This document shows positions 44,428-52,485 of a stretch of DNA of 64,000 bases, one piece after another (the first letter of the stretch is position 1; each line of letters starts with the position of its first letter). The notes beneath the pieces were generated by a model. The model saw nothing but the letters and a program-made list of their open reading frames with translations, had not been told where the DNA came from and did not search any database. This DNA comes from Eubacteriales bacterium (GTDB lineage Bacteria; Bacillota; Clostridia; Oscillospirales; CAG-382): positions 1,127 to 65,126 of the forward strand of contig JAZTXJ010000093.1 of assembly GCA_045636285.1 (NCBI GenBank), written 5' to 3'. The position numbers and the translations under genes were made by a program.

Positions 44428-46106
44428 TATTGCTCACCTACCCGTGCGTTCAATCTGCACATTTCCGCCACGTGCTCACAAAGAAAGGTATTTTTGTAAT
44501 AACCGCGCGCTATTCGGTTTGCGGCAGTGGTGTAGAAGCTGTTGTCCGAAAAGAATCTCGACGTAATATCCGAAGAAACGATCTGTCCGTCAAAGAACAA
44601 GCTGCATTTATCCGAAGTCGTAGCAGAAAATTCCACGTCGTGCGTTACCGTGATAACCGTAACGCCCTCATCGTTTAAGGTCTTTATTATTTCGCCCAGA
44701 ACCATTTTTCCGGTTGCATCGATCCCCTTTGTAGGCTCGTCGAGCAACAAAATTTTCGGATCTGCAAGCAATACCTTCGCAAGCGCCGCCTTTTGCTGTT
44801 CGCCTCCGCTCAGATCGTAAGGGTGATTATCGAGAAGATGCGAAATCGAAAGCTTATGCGAAATTGCTTTTATTCTTTCTTCGGTTTCTTCCTTTGAATA
44901 TTTCAAGGTTTTGCAAATTTCAGCAAGGTCTTCCTTCACGGTCATTTCAACAAAAACCGTCTGGGGATCCTGCGGAAGAAAAGCAACGTTTTTCACGTAC
45001 AAAGAACCGTTCTTATAATCCGAAATCGTTTTTTTGTTTATATAAACTTTTCCTCTGTACGGTTTTAAAAGACCTGCAATAATATTCAGGGTTGTCGTTT
45101 TGCCGGTACCGTTACCACCCAAAATACAGTGGTGCTCACCTTTATTGATCTTTACCGAAACGCCCTTTACAACGTCATCGGATTCACGCTCATAACGGAA
45201 ATATACGTTTTCCAGCTCAACGGCAATTTCACTTTCAAATTCAGAAAGCGAATGGACGAATATGCCCTTCTTGTTTGCATAGTTAGTTCTTATAAATTCG
45301 CGTCCGTCGCGCACGGTTATAGGCGCTTTTCCTTTTCCGCCGAGCATTTCGAATATTCTCATTGCGGCAGGAAGTGAATTCTTTATAGGATGATTAGCTT
45401 TATCCGCAAAAAAATCTGTAACGGTATTCGGTGTGCCGTTAAAGGCTATACCGCCTTGCTCCATAATCAACACGCGGTCGCAAATCGGAAAAACCTCTTC
45501 CAAACGATGCTCGATAAGCAAAACGGTTATACCGAGCTCTCTGTTCAACTTCTGCAACGTTGCGATAAAGTTTGAAGCGGCTATCGGATCGAGCTGTGCG
45601 GTAGGTTCATCGAGCATAAGTATTTTGGGTTGCATAACCATAACCGATGCAAGATTAAGAAGCTGCTTTTCACCGCCCGAAAGCTCGCTCGTTTTTTTAT
45701 AAAACCAATCCTGAATGCCGAAATAGCTTGCCATTTCAGCCGTTTTTCTTCGAATTTCCTGCGTTTCAAGCCCAAGACTTTCGAGCCCGAACGCAAGCTC
45801 GTGCCAAACAAGATCGGTAACTATCTGGCTTTCGGGATTTTGCAAAACGAAGCCGATCTCCGAAGCAGATTGACGGTTGTCGATTTCATTTCGAGGAATG
45901 CCTCTATAAATAATCGAACCGTCAATTTCTCCGTAGGGCGCCGTTTCGCGCTTCAAAAGCTTCAGCAGTGTAGATTTTCCGCAACCGGATTCGCCGCAAA
46001 GAACCACGAATTCGCCTTCTTTTACGCTAAACGAAACGTCTTTTACTGCATACACAGAAGATTCGTTATATCGAAAACTTAAATTTTCGACCTGTAATAT
46101 TTCCAT
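44427..46106 (-). CDS. ecfA: Fused tandem ECF/ABC ATPase (EcfA-EcfA')
   Basis: Two Walker A sites ('GESGCGKST', 'GGNGTGKTT'), two signatures ('LSGGEKQ', 'LSGGEQQ') and two Walker B sites ('MLDEPT', 'LLDEPT'). Confidence 0.92.
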   Translation of the reverse strand: MEILQVENLSFRYNESSVYAVKDVSFSVKEGEFVVLCGESGCGKSTLLKLLKRETAPYGEIDGSIIYRGIPRNEIDNRQSASEIGFVLQNPESQIVTDLVWHELAFGLESLGLETQEIRRKTAEMASYFGIQDWFYKKTSELSGGEKQLLNLASVMVMQPKILMLDEPTAQLDPIAASNFIATLQKLNRELGITVLLIEHRLEEVFPICDRVLIMEQGGIAFNGTPNTVTDFFADKANHPIKNSLPAAMRIFEMLGGKGKAPITVRDGREFIRTNYANKKGIFVHSLSEFESEIAVELENVYFRYERESDDVVKGVSVKINKGEHHCILGGNGTGKTTTLNIIAGLLKPYRGKVYINKKTISDYKNGSLYVKNVAFLPQDPQTVFVEMTVKEDLAEICKTLKYSKEETEERIKAISHKLSISHLLDNHPYDLSGGEQQKAALAKVLLADPKILLLDEPTKGIDATGKMVLGEIIKTLNDEGVTVITVTHDVEFSATTSDKCSLFFDGQIVSSDITSRFFSDNSFYTTAANRIARGYYKNTFLCEHVAEMCRLNARVGEQ

Positions 46107-46957
46107 TGCAGATCCTCCTTTAACTCAATAATCAACGGCATAAAGCAAAGTAAACCGAAGCCGATAAAAGCGATTATCGCCACAATATCCGCTTTTTGTG
46201 CTTTTATCGCGGGATAGTACGAAAATGCGAGCTTTTCGCTGAACATTCCATAAAAAACCAGAGCGTCTAAAAGAACTATCATAACAAGCATCGCAAAATC
46301 TCTTGCTTTGAAACGAAACAAAGAAAAATGCGTTCTTCCCTTTAATCCGTAACCGCGGCTTTTCATAGAAGTACCCGTATCTATCGCATTTTCAAGCGCC
46401 CAGCCAATCAGCGACGAATACGTTCTCATAGTGCTTTTAATCTTGTCGGTATATGCATCAGACGAATACATACCCATTGCTTTTTGCGAAGCCTTTATCC
46501 TGCCATAACGTTCCTTTAGCAACGGAACGAATCTGAGTGCAGACGATATAAGCAACGCAAATTTAGGCGAAAATTCTCCGAACAGGCAAAGTAATTTATC
46601 CTCGGTCATAATAATGCCGAAGCATTTAAACCAATATATTACCGAAATTACCATCAATGCTATCCCTAACCCATATAAAAACGCTTCAAGGGTTATAGGG
46701 TTTCTGTTCACAAAGAAAAGAACGGTTACCCCTTTATGCGAAAAGAAGGGATTTATTATTGCCACAAGCATCAGCATAAATAAATATACCGAAAATTCCT
46801 TAATGAATTTCGCTTTGTTGATTTTGAGAAAATAAGCCATTGCACCGACAAACGAAATCAAATGCAATATAGGGTTTTGAGAAAACATCGAAACGACAAG
46901 CACAGAGGCGAAATAAACCGCCGCTGTTATTGGGTGAAATGTACCGAAGCTTATCAT
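46079..46957 (-). CDS. ecfT: ECF transporter transmembrane (T) component (CbiQ family)
   Basis: Polytopic, about 292 aa. 'RALRFVPLL'-type coupling-helix region ('SSALRFVPLLKERYGRIKASQKAMG'). The start is ATG 46957, overlapping the stop of the upstream small ORF (ATGA). Confidence 0.85.
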   Translation of the reverse strand: MISFGTFHPITAAVYFASVLVVSMFSQNPILHLISFVGAMAYFLKINKAKFIKEFSVYLFMLMLVAIINPFFSHKGVTVLFFVNRNPITLEAFLYGLGIALMVISVIYWFKCFGIIMTEDKLLCLFGEFSPKFALLISSALRFVPLLKERYGRIKASQKAMGMYSSDAYTDKIKSTMRTYSSLIGWALENAIDTGTSMKSRGYGLKGRTHFSLFRFKARDFAMLVMIVLLDALVFYGMFSEKLAFSYYPAIKAQKADIVAIIAFIGFGLLCFMPLIIELKEDLQWKYYRSKI

Positions 46958-47169
46958 TTTCTTTTCCTCTTTCGATTTTTGGATGTTTCTGTTTTCGTGC
47001 TCTCTTTCAAGCCTGCAGACTCTAACGCTCTCGGCCACGGACCGAGAAACGCCTTAATGCGAGATCTTGTGACTTCATCGAAGTCGTCTTTTTTCGGTAA
47101 CCTATCAACCTCCCTATGCTTTTGTATGAGCAATTCTATTGCCCACTGCTTTTTCTCATCGGGTGTCAT
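46954..47169 (-). CDS. Small basic protein (71 aa) with one homing-endonuclease-associated-repeat-like motif
   Basis: GGAGG RBS 8 nt before ATG 47169. 'LPKKDDFDEVTRSRIKAFLGPWPRALESAGLKE' resembles the HNH-associated repeat (...FGSWneALeaAGL). K/R-rich tail. The stop overlaps the ecfT start. Confidence 0.55.
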   Translation of the reverse strand: MTPDEKKQWAIELLIQKHREVDRLPKKDDFDEVTRSRIKAFLGPWPRALESAGLKESTKTETSKNRKRKRK

Positions 47170-47261
47170 CAGCCATACCTCCGAAATTTAATAAATAAAA
47201 TACCCTTTAACCATACCGGTCAAAGAGTACAACAGATTTACCGCGCAACGAAAAATGTGTG

Positions 47262-47515
47262 CAAAACAAAAAGAGTGCATACACCGAGCAATGATAAATC
47301 GGTTGCACTCTTCACACCAAAGTTGTGTTAAACCTACGGAAAAATTCCAAAAAGACACGGCAGGTATCCTGACTTATGATGAAGCGGCAAATGCCGCAAA
47401 AGAACGCGCCTTCTCGGTATTAACCAATGGCACAATACGTCCTTTATCTTGTCAAATACAGTAATGGCGGTTGTTCCGGATTCGAACCGGATTCCCTTTT
47501 ACATCTACTCAGCGT
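47262..47515 (-). promoter_or_regulatory. Cobalamin (B12) riboswitch with a terminator expression platform
   Basis: On the minus strand: 'AAAAGGGAAUCCGGUUCGAAUCCGGAACAACCGCCAUUACUGUA', 'GUGCCAUUGGUUAAUACCGAGAAGGCGC', B12 box 'AAGUCAGGAUACCUGCC', then the hairpin 'GAAGAGUGCA...UGCACUCUUUUUGUUUU'. Confidence 0.85.
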
Positions 47516-47560
47516 ACAACTTTTCAAACCGTATCTTCTTAATCGGTATTTAATTTTAAG

Positions 47561-47591
47561 TGATTATAACATACTATTTTGTATTTTTCAA
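47561..47591 (-). promoter_or_regulatory. Sigma-70 promoter of the riboswitch/ECF operon
   Basis: On the minus strand: TTGAAA, 17 nt, TATAAT. Confidence 0.7.
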
Positions 47592-47611
47592 TACAATTAT
47601 CGATTTTGTCG

Positions 47612-48562
47612 CTATGCCTTCTGAATTTCTTTTTGAGTAAGCTTTACAAATTCGGTTATGGCGTTGTCGTATTTATTCGTATCGACAAACCTCAACTGCG
47701 AGTGTGCGCCGTGCTCGAACCAAACAAGCGATTTTTCGCTGTTGCATTTATCAAACAGAATCTGCGCAGTTTCGGGCAACGAATAAAGATCTTCTTTGCT
47801 GTGGATCATAAGCAGCGGCTTTTCCAACCGTTCGATAATATCGATCGGGCCGTACTTCATGGTTACGCCTATTTCCTTGCGTACCAAACGCTCTACCAGC
47901 TGAAGACAAGGAAACACAGGCTTTTTCAGCGCAATCATATGGTTTTTAAAGCTTTCGTAAAAGTTCGGGTACATACCCTCCGCAGTCATTCCCGAAAAAT
48001 AATCGGGACATTGAGGGTTTGTAAGAGCGAACATAGCGCACGAAGAACCGATACAAATTCCGTGAAGCCATATTTGCTTTACGCCGAATTGTTCGTGTAA
48101 CATTCTGCCCCAAGCAAGAATATCCTTGTGCTCATTAAAGCCGATAGAATTGTATTTTCCGTCGCTTTTGCCGTGAGCACGTTGGTCGATTGTCAAAATA
48201 TTGTATCCGCTTTTTGCATACGCTTCTGCGAAATAGTAGCCGTAGTTCAAGGCTTCGGTTCTGCCGGGTATTATAATCACGGCTTTGTCGTAGCCCAAAT
48301 CGGTGTATTCACCAAAAAGCTTATATCCCTCGTTTTCGAGCGTTAACTCCTTAATATCGGTTAATTGAGCGCGGTATTCGAGCGCAGATTCATACATGGA
48401 GCACTGTATCGGCTCGTTCACCGAACAGCTTCTGTCCCATTTTTTCTTGCTCGTGCGGTTAAGATGAATATTGAACAGAATACGCGCAACGATAAAAAAC
48501 GACCATACCGTAAATATTAAAATTGCCGCAATGCAGAGAAGCAAAATGTATTCAAGTTTCAA
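47612..48562 (-). CDS. Membrane-anchored alpha/beta-fold hydrolase with a Cys in the nucleophile elbow
   Basis: N-terminal TM. 'IIIPGRTE' (oxyanion region), elbow 'LHGICIGSS' (G-x-C-x-G), 'IHSKEDLY' (Asp), 'EHGAHS' (His). The preferred start is TTG 48562 (GAGGT RBS 7 nt upstream, 1 nt after the plsC-like stop); ATG 48595 is the alternative. Confidence 0.75.
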   Translation of the reverse strand: MKLEYILLLCIAAILIFTVWSFFIVARILFNIHLNRTSKKKWDRSCSVNEPIQCSMYESALEYRAQLTDIKELTLENEGYKLFGEYTDLGYDKAVIIIPGRTEALNYGYYFAEAYAKSGYNILTIDQRAHGKSDGKYNSIGFNEHKDILAWGRMLHEQFGVKQIWLHGICIGSSCAMFALTNPQCPDYFSGMTAEGMYPNFYESFKNHMIALKKPVFPCLQLVERLVRKEIGVTMKYGPIDIIERLEKPLLMIHSKEDLYSLPETAQILFDKCNSEKSLVWFEHGAHSQLRFVDTNKYDNAITEFVKLTQKEIQKA

Positions 48563-48563
48563 A

Positions 48564-49208
48564 TCATTTACCTCGCTTTGCTTGTACTCGTGCATCGAGC
48601 TCGTTTTTGAGCTCAACCGCCTTTGCACGAACCATATCATTAAGCGCAACAATTTCTTCACGCGTCGGATTCAACGAGGTACAGTAATCGGAAAGATAAA
48701 TCTTTTTGCCGATAATAATATGTACCCTCTTGAAAAAACCGTAATTTCCGTCCGTCATAATCGGGATTATGGGGACGTTTGCGCGAAGTGCGATCATAAT
48801 ATAGCTCGGCTTGAAGTCAAGCATCGAGCCGTCTTTGGTAATATGCGCTTCTGGATATATCTGTACGAGCTTACCTTTTTCGAGAACCTTTACGCTTTCA
48901 TCGATAAAGCGCATACCCATAATATCTCTGTCGGAACGAATACCGCCAAAGCAACGCATTGCCCAATGGAAGAACTTTCCCCTTTTGAATATCATTTCCG
49001 CCATAACGACGAAAAGCTTTCTTCCGGGAAAGAGAAACAAGTTTACCATATAGTCGAATACGCTGTAATGATTCGATATTATCAGCGCACCGCCCTTAAC
49101 AAAGCGGTTTGATGATTTTTTGTCCTCATAATATGTTTTTCTTTTAAAAAAGAGAACCTGAAACGGCCATGCGGATATAATCGCAAGCCAACGGAAAAAG
49201 CCGTACAT
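48564..49208 (-). CDS. 1-acyl-sn-glycerol-3-phosphate / lysophospholipid acyltransferase (PlsC family)
   Basis: 'ISNHYSVFD' (HX4D motif), 'IYPEAHITKDG' (motif III). 214 aa. Confidence 0.85.
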   Translation of the reverse strand: MYGFFRWLAIISAWPFQVLFFKRKTYYEDKKSSNRFVKGGALIISNHYSVFDYMVNLFLFPGRKLFVVMAEMIFKRGKFFHWAMRCFGGIRSDRDIMGMRFIDESVKVLEKGKLVQIYPEAHITKDGSMLDFKPSYIMIALRANVPIIPIMTDGNYGFFKRVHIIIGKKIYLSDYCTSLNPTREEIVALNDMVRAKAVELKNELDARVQAKRGK

Positions 49209-49209
49209 A

Positions 49210-51141
49210 TTATTTAATCAAATCCTTTATTAATCTTTCGAAATGGTTGACGGTATAACCAAACTTTTCAACGTCGTAATCGCTTCCGAAATCAATTTTC
49301 AGATTGAAACGGGTGTCAAGCTCATTTATAAGTGTGAAATAATCAAGACTCGTTCCGCCCAGATCGTTCATAAAATGCATGTCGTCGCCTATGTTTTCGA
49401 TATCGGTATCAAGAACCTTGGCAAACAATTCTCTTATTATCTGTTTGATTTCGCTTTCGGAATTCTTTTGTCCCGACTGTTCTTTTACGGGATCAAACAA
49501 ATTGATCTTTCCTTGCGAAAGAGCCGATTTCAAATATGCGCGGCTTACCTTTATCGCTCCGCTTTGCATCAACGGATCAAACGTGAATTTAATATCGTGA
49601 ATACGGTAAGACGAGGGCAACGAAGCATTACCGTTTTCAATATCTTCGATAATACGCTTCTTTTGCTCGTTAATTATTCCGTTCGGCACGCGAACAACAA
49701 GCATAAGCTTGGAACCGTCATCGTTACCTATAACCGAAAATTCAAGCGCGTCACGTATCGAAAACGCTTTTTCCGCAAGATCGGGATTTAGGTTTTCTCC
49801 GTTATCCGAAAATACAATATCGGAATAACGGCCGCTTATATAATATCTTCCGTCTGCCGAAACAGAAACGATATCGCCCGTATCAAACCAATCGTCGAAG
49901 CTTAATTCCACCTTATCGACAATGATTGTTTTGCTCACAGAGGAGCCCCTGACGCAAAGCCTGCCGTCTTCCCCGATTCTGTATTCAAGCGAATCGAACG
50001 GTGTTCCGATAGAGCACAGCATTCTTTCTTTGGGTGTTTTTCCGAGTTCGACAGAGCATATACCGATTTCGGTCATACCGTATCCGTTGCAAAGCGGATA
50101 GCCGATTGCATTCATCATTTCTACCGCAGACGCTTTTATATAGCTTCCGCCGGAAATACAAAAACGAATACTTTCACCGAGAAGCTTATATCGCATATCG
50201 CGGAACATCAGCGAAGCGATTTTTGCGCCGAGCTTGGGAGAGATGTTCTGAAGCTTCAAAGAGATTACGGAAGCTTTTTTGAACTTATTGCGAGTTTTTT
50301 CGTCTTTCTGCGATAATTCCTTGTTAATCGCTTTTTCAAGAGCGTGCCACAATATCGGAACCGAAAAAACGTGCGTAACTTCGTGATTGCGAATGGTACG
50401 CAAAATATTTTCGGGCGAGAGGTCGTTCAACAGCACGAACGTAGCACCGAGAAACGAATACCACAACAACACCGCTTCAAGTCCGAAAATATGGTAGAAC
50501 GGAAGAAACGCAAGCGTTTTCATCGTGCCGTTATACGTTCCGATAATATCGGGATTGGTTTTTATGATTTTTTCGAGATTAAGTATTTGTTCGGAAACCT
50601 GAAAACCGGTATAAATACAGATTTTTTCCTTTAAAGAAGTTCCGCTCGTGGAAATCGCGAAAATATCGGAAAATGCGGGAAGCTCCTTTTCGGGATCAAC
50701 GCCGATTGCTTCAAGCTCGGAAAAGCTTACGGTTTCGGTGCTGTAATTCGTGTTTGAATTTACGGTAATTACACACCTTGCACAAAGCGTATCGAGAATG
50801 CTCTGAGTAAATCCCTGCGGTTGCTTTAAATTAACAAGATAAGGCTTGTTGCCGCTTTTAAGAATCGCCCAGAAGGCAATAATCCATTCTGCTGAATTTT
50901 CGCCGTGCAGTCCGATATATTCCCCGCATACAGAAAGCTTTTGCATTATCGCGCGGGCAATTTGATCTACCCTTACGGCAATATTATTATAGGTATATGT
51001 GACTTTGCGAGTCATTGTCGGGCATTCGATAAAAACGTTTTCACCATAGGAAGTGATTATCGAATAAATATCGCAAAGTGTTTTTTTGCTTTTTTTCAGC
51101 TTATCTGCATTTTGAAGAATAGTCTTTTTTACTTTATTCAT
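49210..51141 (-). CDS. Acyl-AMP ligase (ANL superfamily) fused to a C-terminal carrier-protein domain
   Basis: 'AISTSGTSLKEK' (A3-like), 'NGYGMTEIG' (A5), 'WFDTGDIV' (A7), C-terminal 'FMNDLGGTSLDYFTLINEL' (phosphopantetheine Ser). Confidence 0.82.
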   Translation of the reverse strand: MNKVKKTILQNADKLKKSKKTLCDIYSIITSYGENVFIECPTMTRKVTYTYNNIAVRVDQIARAIMQKLSVCGEYIGLHGENSAEWIIAFWAILKSGNKPYLVNLKQPQGFTQSILDTLCARCVITVNSNTNYSTETVSFSELEAIGVDPEKELPAFSDIFAISTSGTSLKEKICIYTGFQVSEQILNLEKIIKTNPDIIGTYNGTMKTLAFLPFYHIFGLEAVLLWYSFLGATFVLLNDLSPENILRTIRNHEVTHVFSVPILWHALEKAINKELSQKDEKTRNKFKKASVISLKLQNISPKLGAKIASLMFRDMRYKLLGESIRFCISGGSYIKASAVEMMNAIGYPLCNGYGMTEIGICSVELGKTPKERMLCSIGTPFDSLEYRIGEDGRLCVRGSSVSKTIIVDKVELSFDDWFDTGDIVSVSADGRYYISGRYSDIVFSDNGENLNPDLAEKAFSIRDALEFSVIGNDDGSKLMLVVRVPNGIINEQKKRIIEDIENGNASLPSSYRIHDIKFTFDPLMQSGAIKVSRAYLKSALSQGKINLFDPVKEQSGQKNSESEIKQIIRELFAKVLDTDIENIGDDMHFMNDLGGTSLDYFTLINELDTRFNLKIDFGSDYDVEKFGYTVNHFERLIKDLIK

Positions 51142-52471
51142 TTTCCGACTTATGTTTTCCTATTAATGCTATTGATTTGGGGAGCAGGAACGCGAGAAGG
51201 AATGCCGCGGCACAGAAAAACGCTACGATAAGCGTCATATACTGAACAAGATCGGATTGCTTAAGATAAACAAGAATCAATCCTGTTGCGCTACCTGCGG
51301 AAACACCTTCAAACAAGCCCTGAACGGCAAAATACATCGAAGAAGCACAAACACCGCTTTTTTTGTTTTCTTCCGCTGCAAGATGCGCAGGCACGGTATA
51401 GCTGACCGAGAAGAACGCACCGATAGCAAACGAAACGATAACGCTACACAAAATCGCCACGGGAAGCATTATGGATTTATCGAGCATGCGGCAGAAGAAC
51501 ATCAACGACATACCGAGCGCAAACATCAATATTACGTATTGGTATGCAAACTTCAAGCCCTTCTTTTTTACAACCTTATTGTAAAGAATAAGCGTAAGCG
51601 GTACAGGCACAAAGGATGATGCCATAACAAACGTCATATTAAGTCCTGTGGTCGAAAAATATTCGTTAATACCGCCAAGGAAAAGCTGGAGGCCCGTATT
51701 GAGCACGGCGTGGGTACAGAGCCAGAAGATAAAATGCTTGTTTTTAAAGGAATATACGAGAGATTTAATGAAACCGACACGCTGTTCGGGAACAAAGCCT
51801 TCACGGGTTACGACACCGTTGACCGTAGATTCTTCTTTTATCATAAACAACGGGATAAGCATCGTTGCGGCAAGAGGCAAGAAGATAAGAGCGACAAAGC
51901 GAATATTTACGCCCATGCTGACAAAAGCGGGTACGAGCGCGAATCCGAGCGAGAAATAAACAACGTCACAAACCGATTTTATGTTGGACAAAAATACGCG
52001 TTCGTGCTCGGTTTCTACAATTTCGGCAAAGGTCGCATAATACGTAACCATAGTAAGCGTATAGGAAGCATAATAAACCGCAAGAAGCAACGCAAACCAA
52101 ACGGTGTTGATAGTGCTTGCTTCGTTGTTCAAGGGGCACAAGAAAAGCAGATAAGCGATCAACAAGGGTACAAGACCGATAAGTATCGCGGGACGACGTC
52201 TTCCCCATTTTGTTCTTAAATTGTCGGTCAAGGAAGAAAGAGGAATGTCGATAATTCCGTCGAATATCTTAATTGCGAATACCAAAATCGCCCACAGACC
52301 GCCAATAACCAAATCCTTGTTCGCGTACGTCCAGGATTCGACGTTGGATTCAAAGCCGCCGACCAATAATGCACTGCAAAGGTAGGAGCCTACGATAAGG
52401 TTCAGCATATTAAGACCGAGTCCTGCACAGCCATACAGTACCATTTGCCATTTCTTTTGCAAAAGTTTCAT
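51134..52471 (-). CDS. MFS/GPH-family transporter
   Basis: About 12 TM helices. 'LSSLTDNLRTKWGRRRPAILIG' is the GPH-type D-x-x-x-x-x-G-R-R-R-P loop 2-3 motif. Confidence 0.8.
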   Translation of the reverse strand: MKLLQKKWQMVLYGCAGLGLNMLNLIVGSYLCSALLVGGFESNVESWTYANKDLVIGGLWAILVFAIKIFDGIIDIPLSSLTDNLRTKWGRRRPAILIGLVPLLIAYLLFLCPLNNEASTINTVWFALLLAVYYASYTLTMVTYYATFAEIVETEHERVFLSNIKSVCDVVYFSLGFALVPAFVSMGVNIRFVALIFLPLAATMLIPLFMIKEESTVNGVVTREGFVPEQRVGFIKSLVYSFKNKHFIFWLCTHAVLNTGLQLFLGGINEYFSTTGLNMTFVMASSFVPVPLTLILYNKVVKKKGLKFAYQYVILMFALGMSLMFFCRMLDKSIMLPVAILCSVIVSFAIGAFFSVSYTVPAHLAAEENKKSGVCASSMYFAVQGLFEGVSAGSATGLILVYLKQSDLVQYMTLIVAFFCAAAFLLAFLLPKSIALIGKHKSENE

Positions 52472-52485
52472 GTTTATCTCCTTTT

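Noticed and set aside
47592-47611. I looked for a terminator between the alpha/beta hydrolase gene and the B12-riboswitch promoter.
   Set aside because: The 20-nt gap holds no hairpin. Read-through from the lipid string into the riboswitch is possible but cannot be judged from sequence alone.
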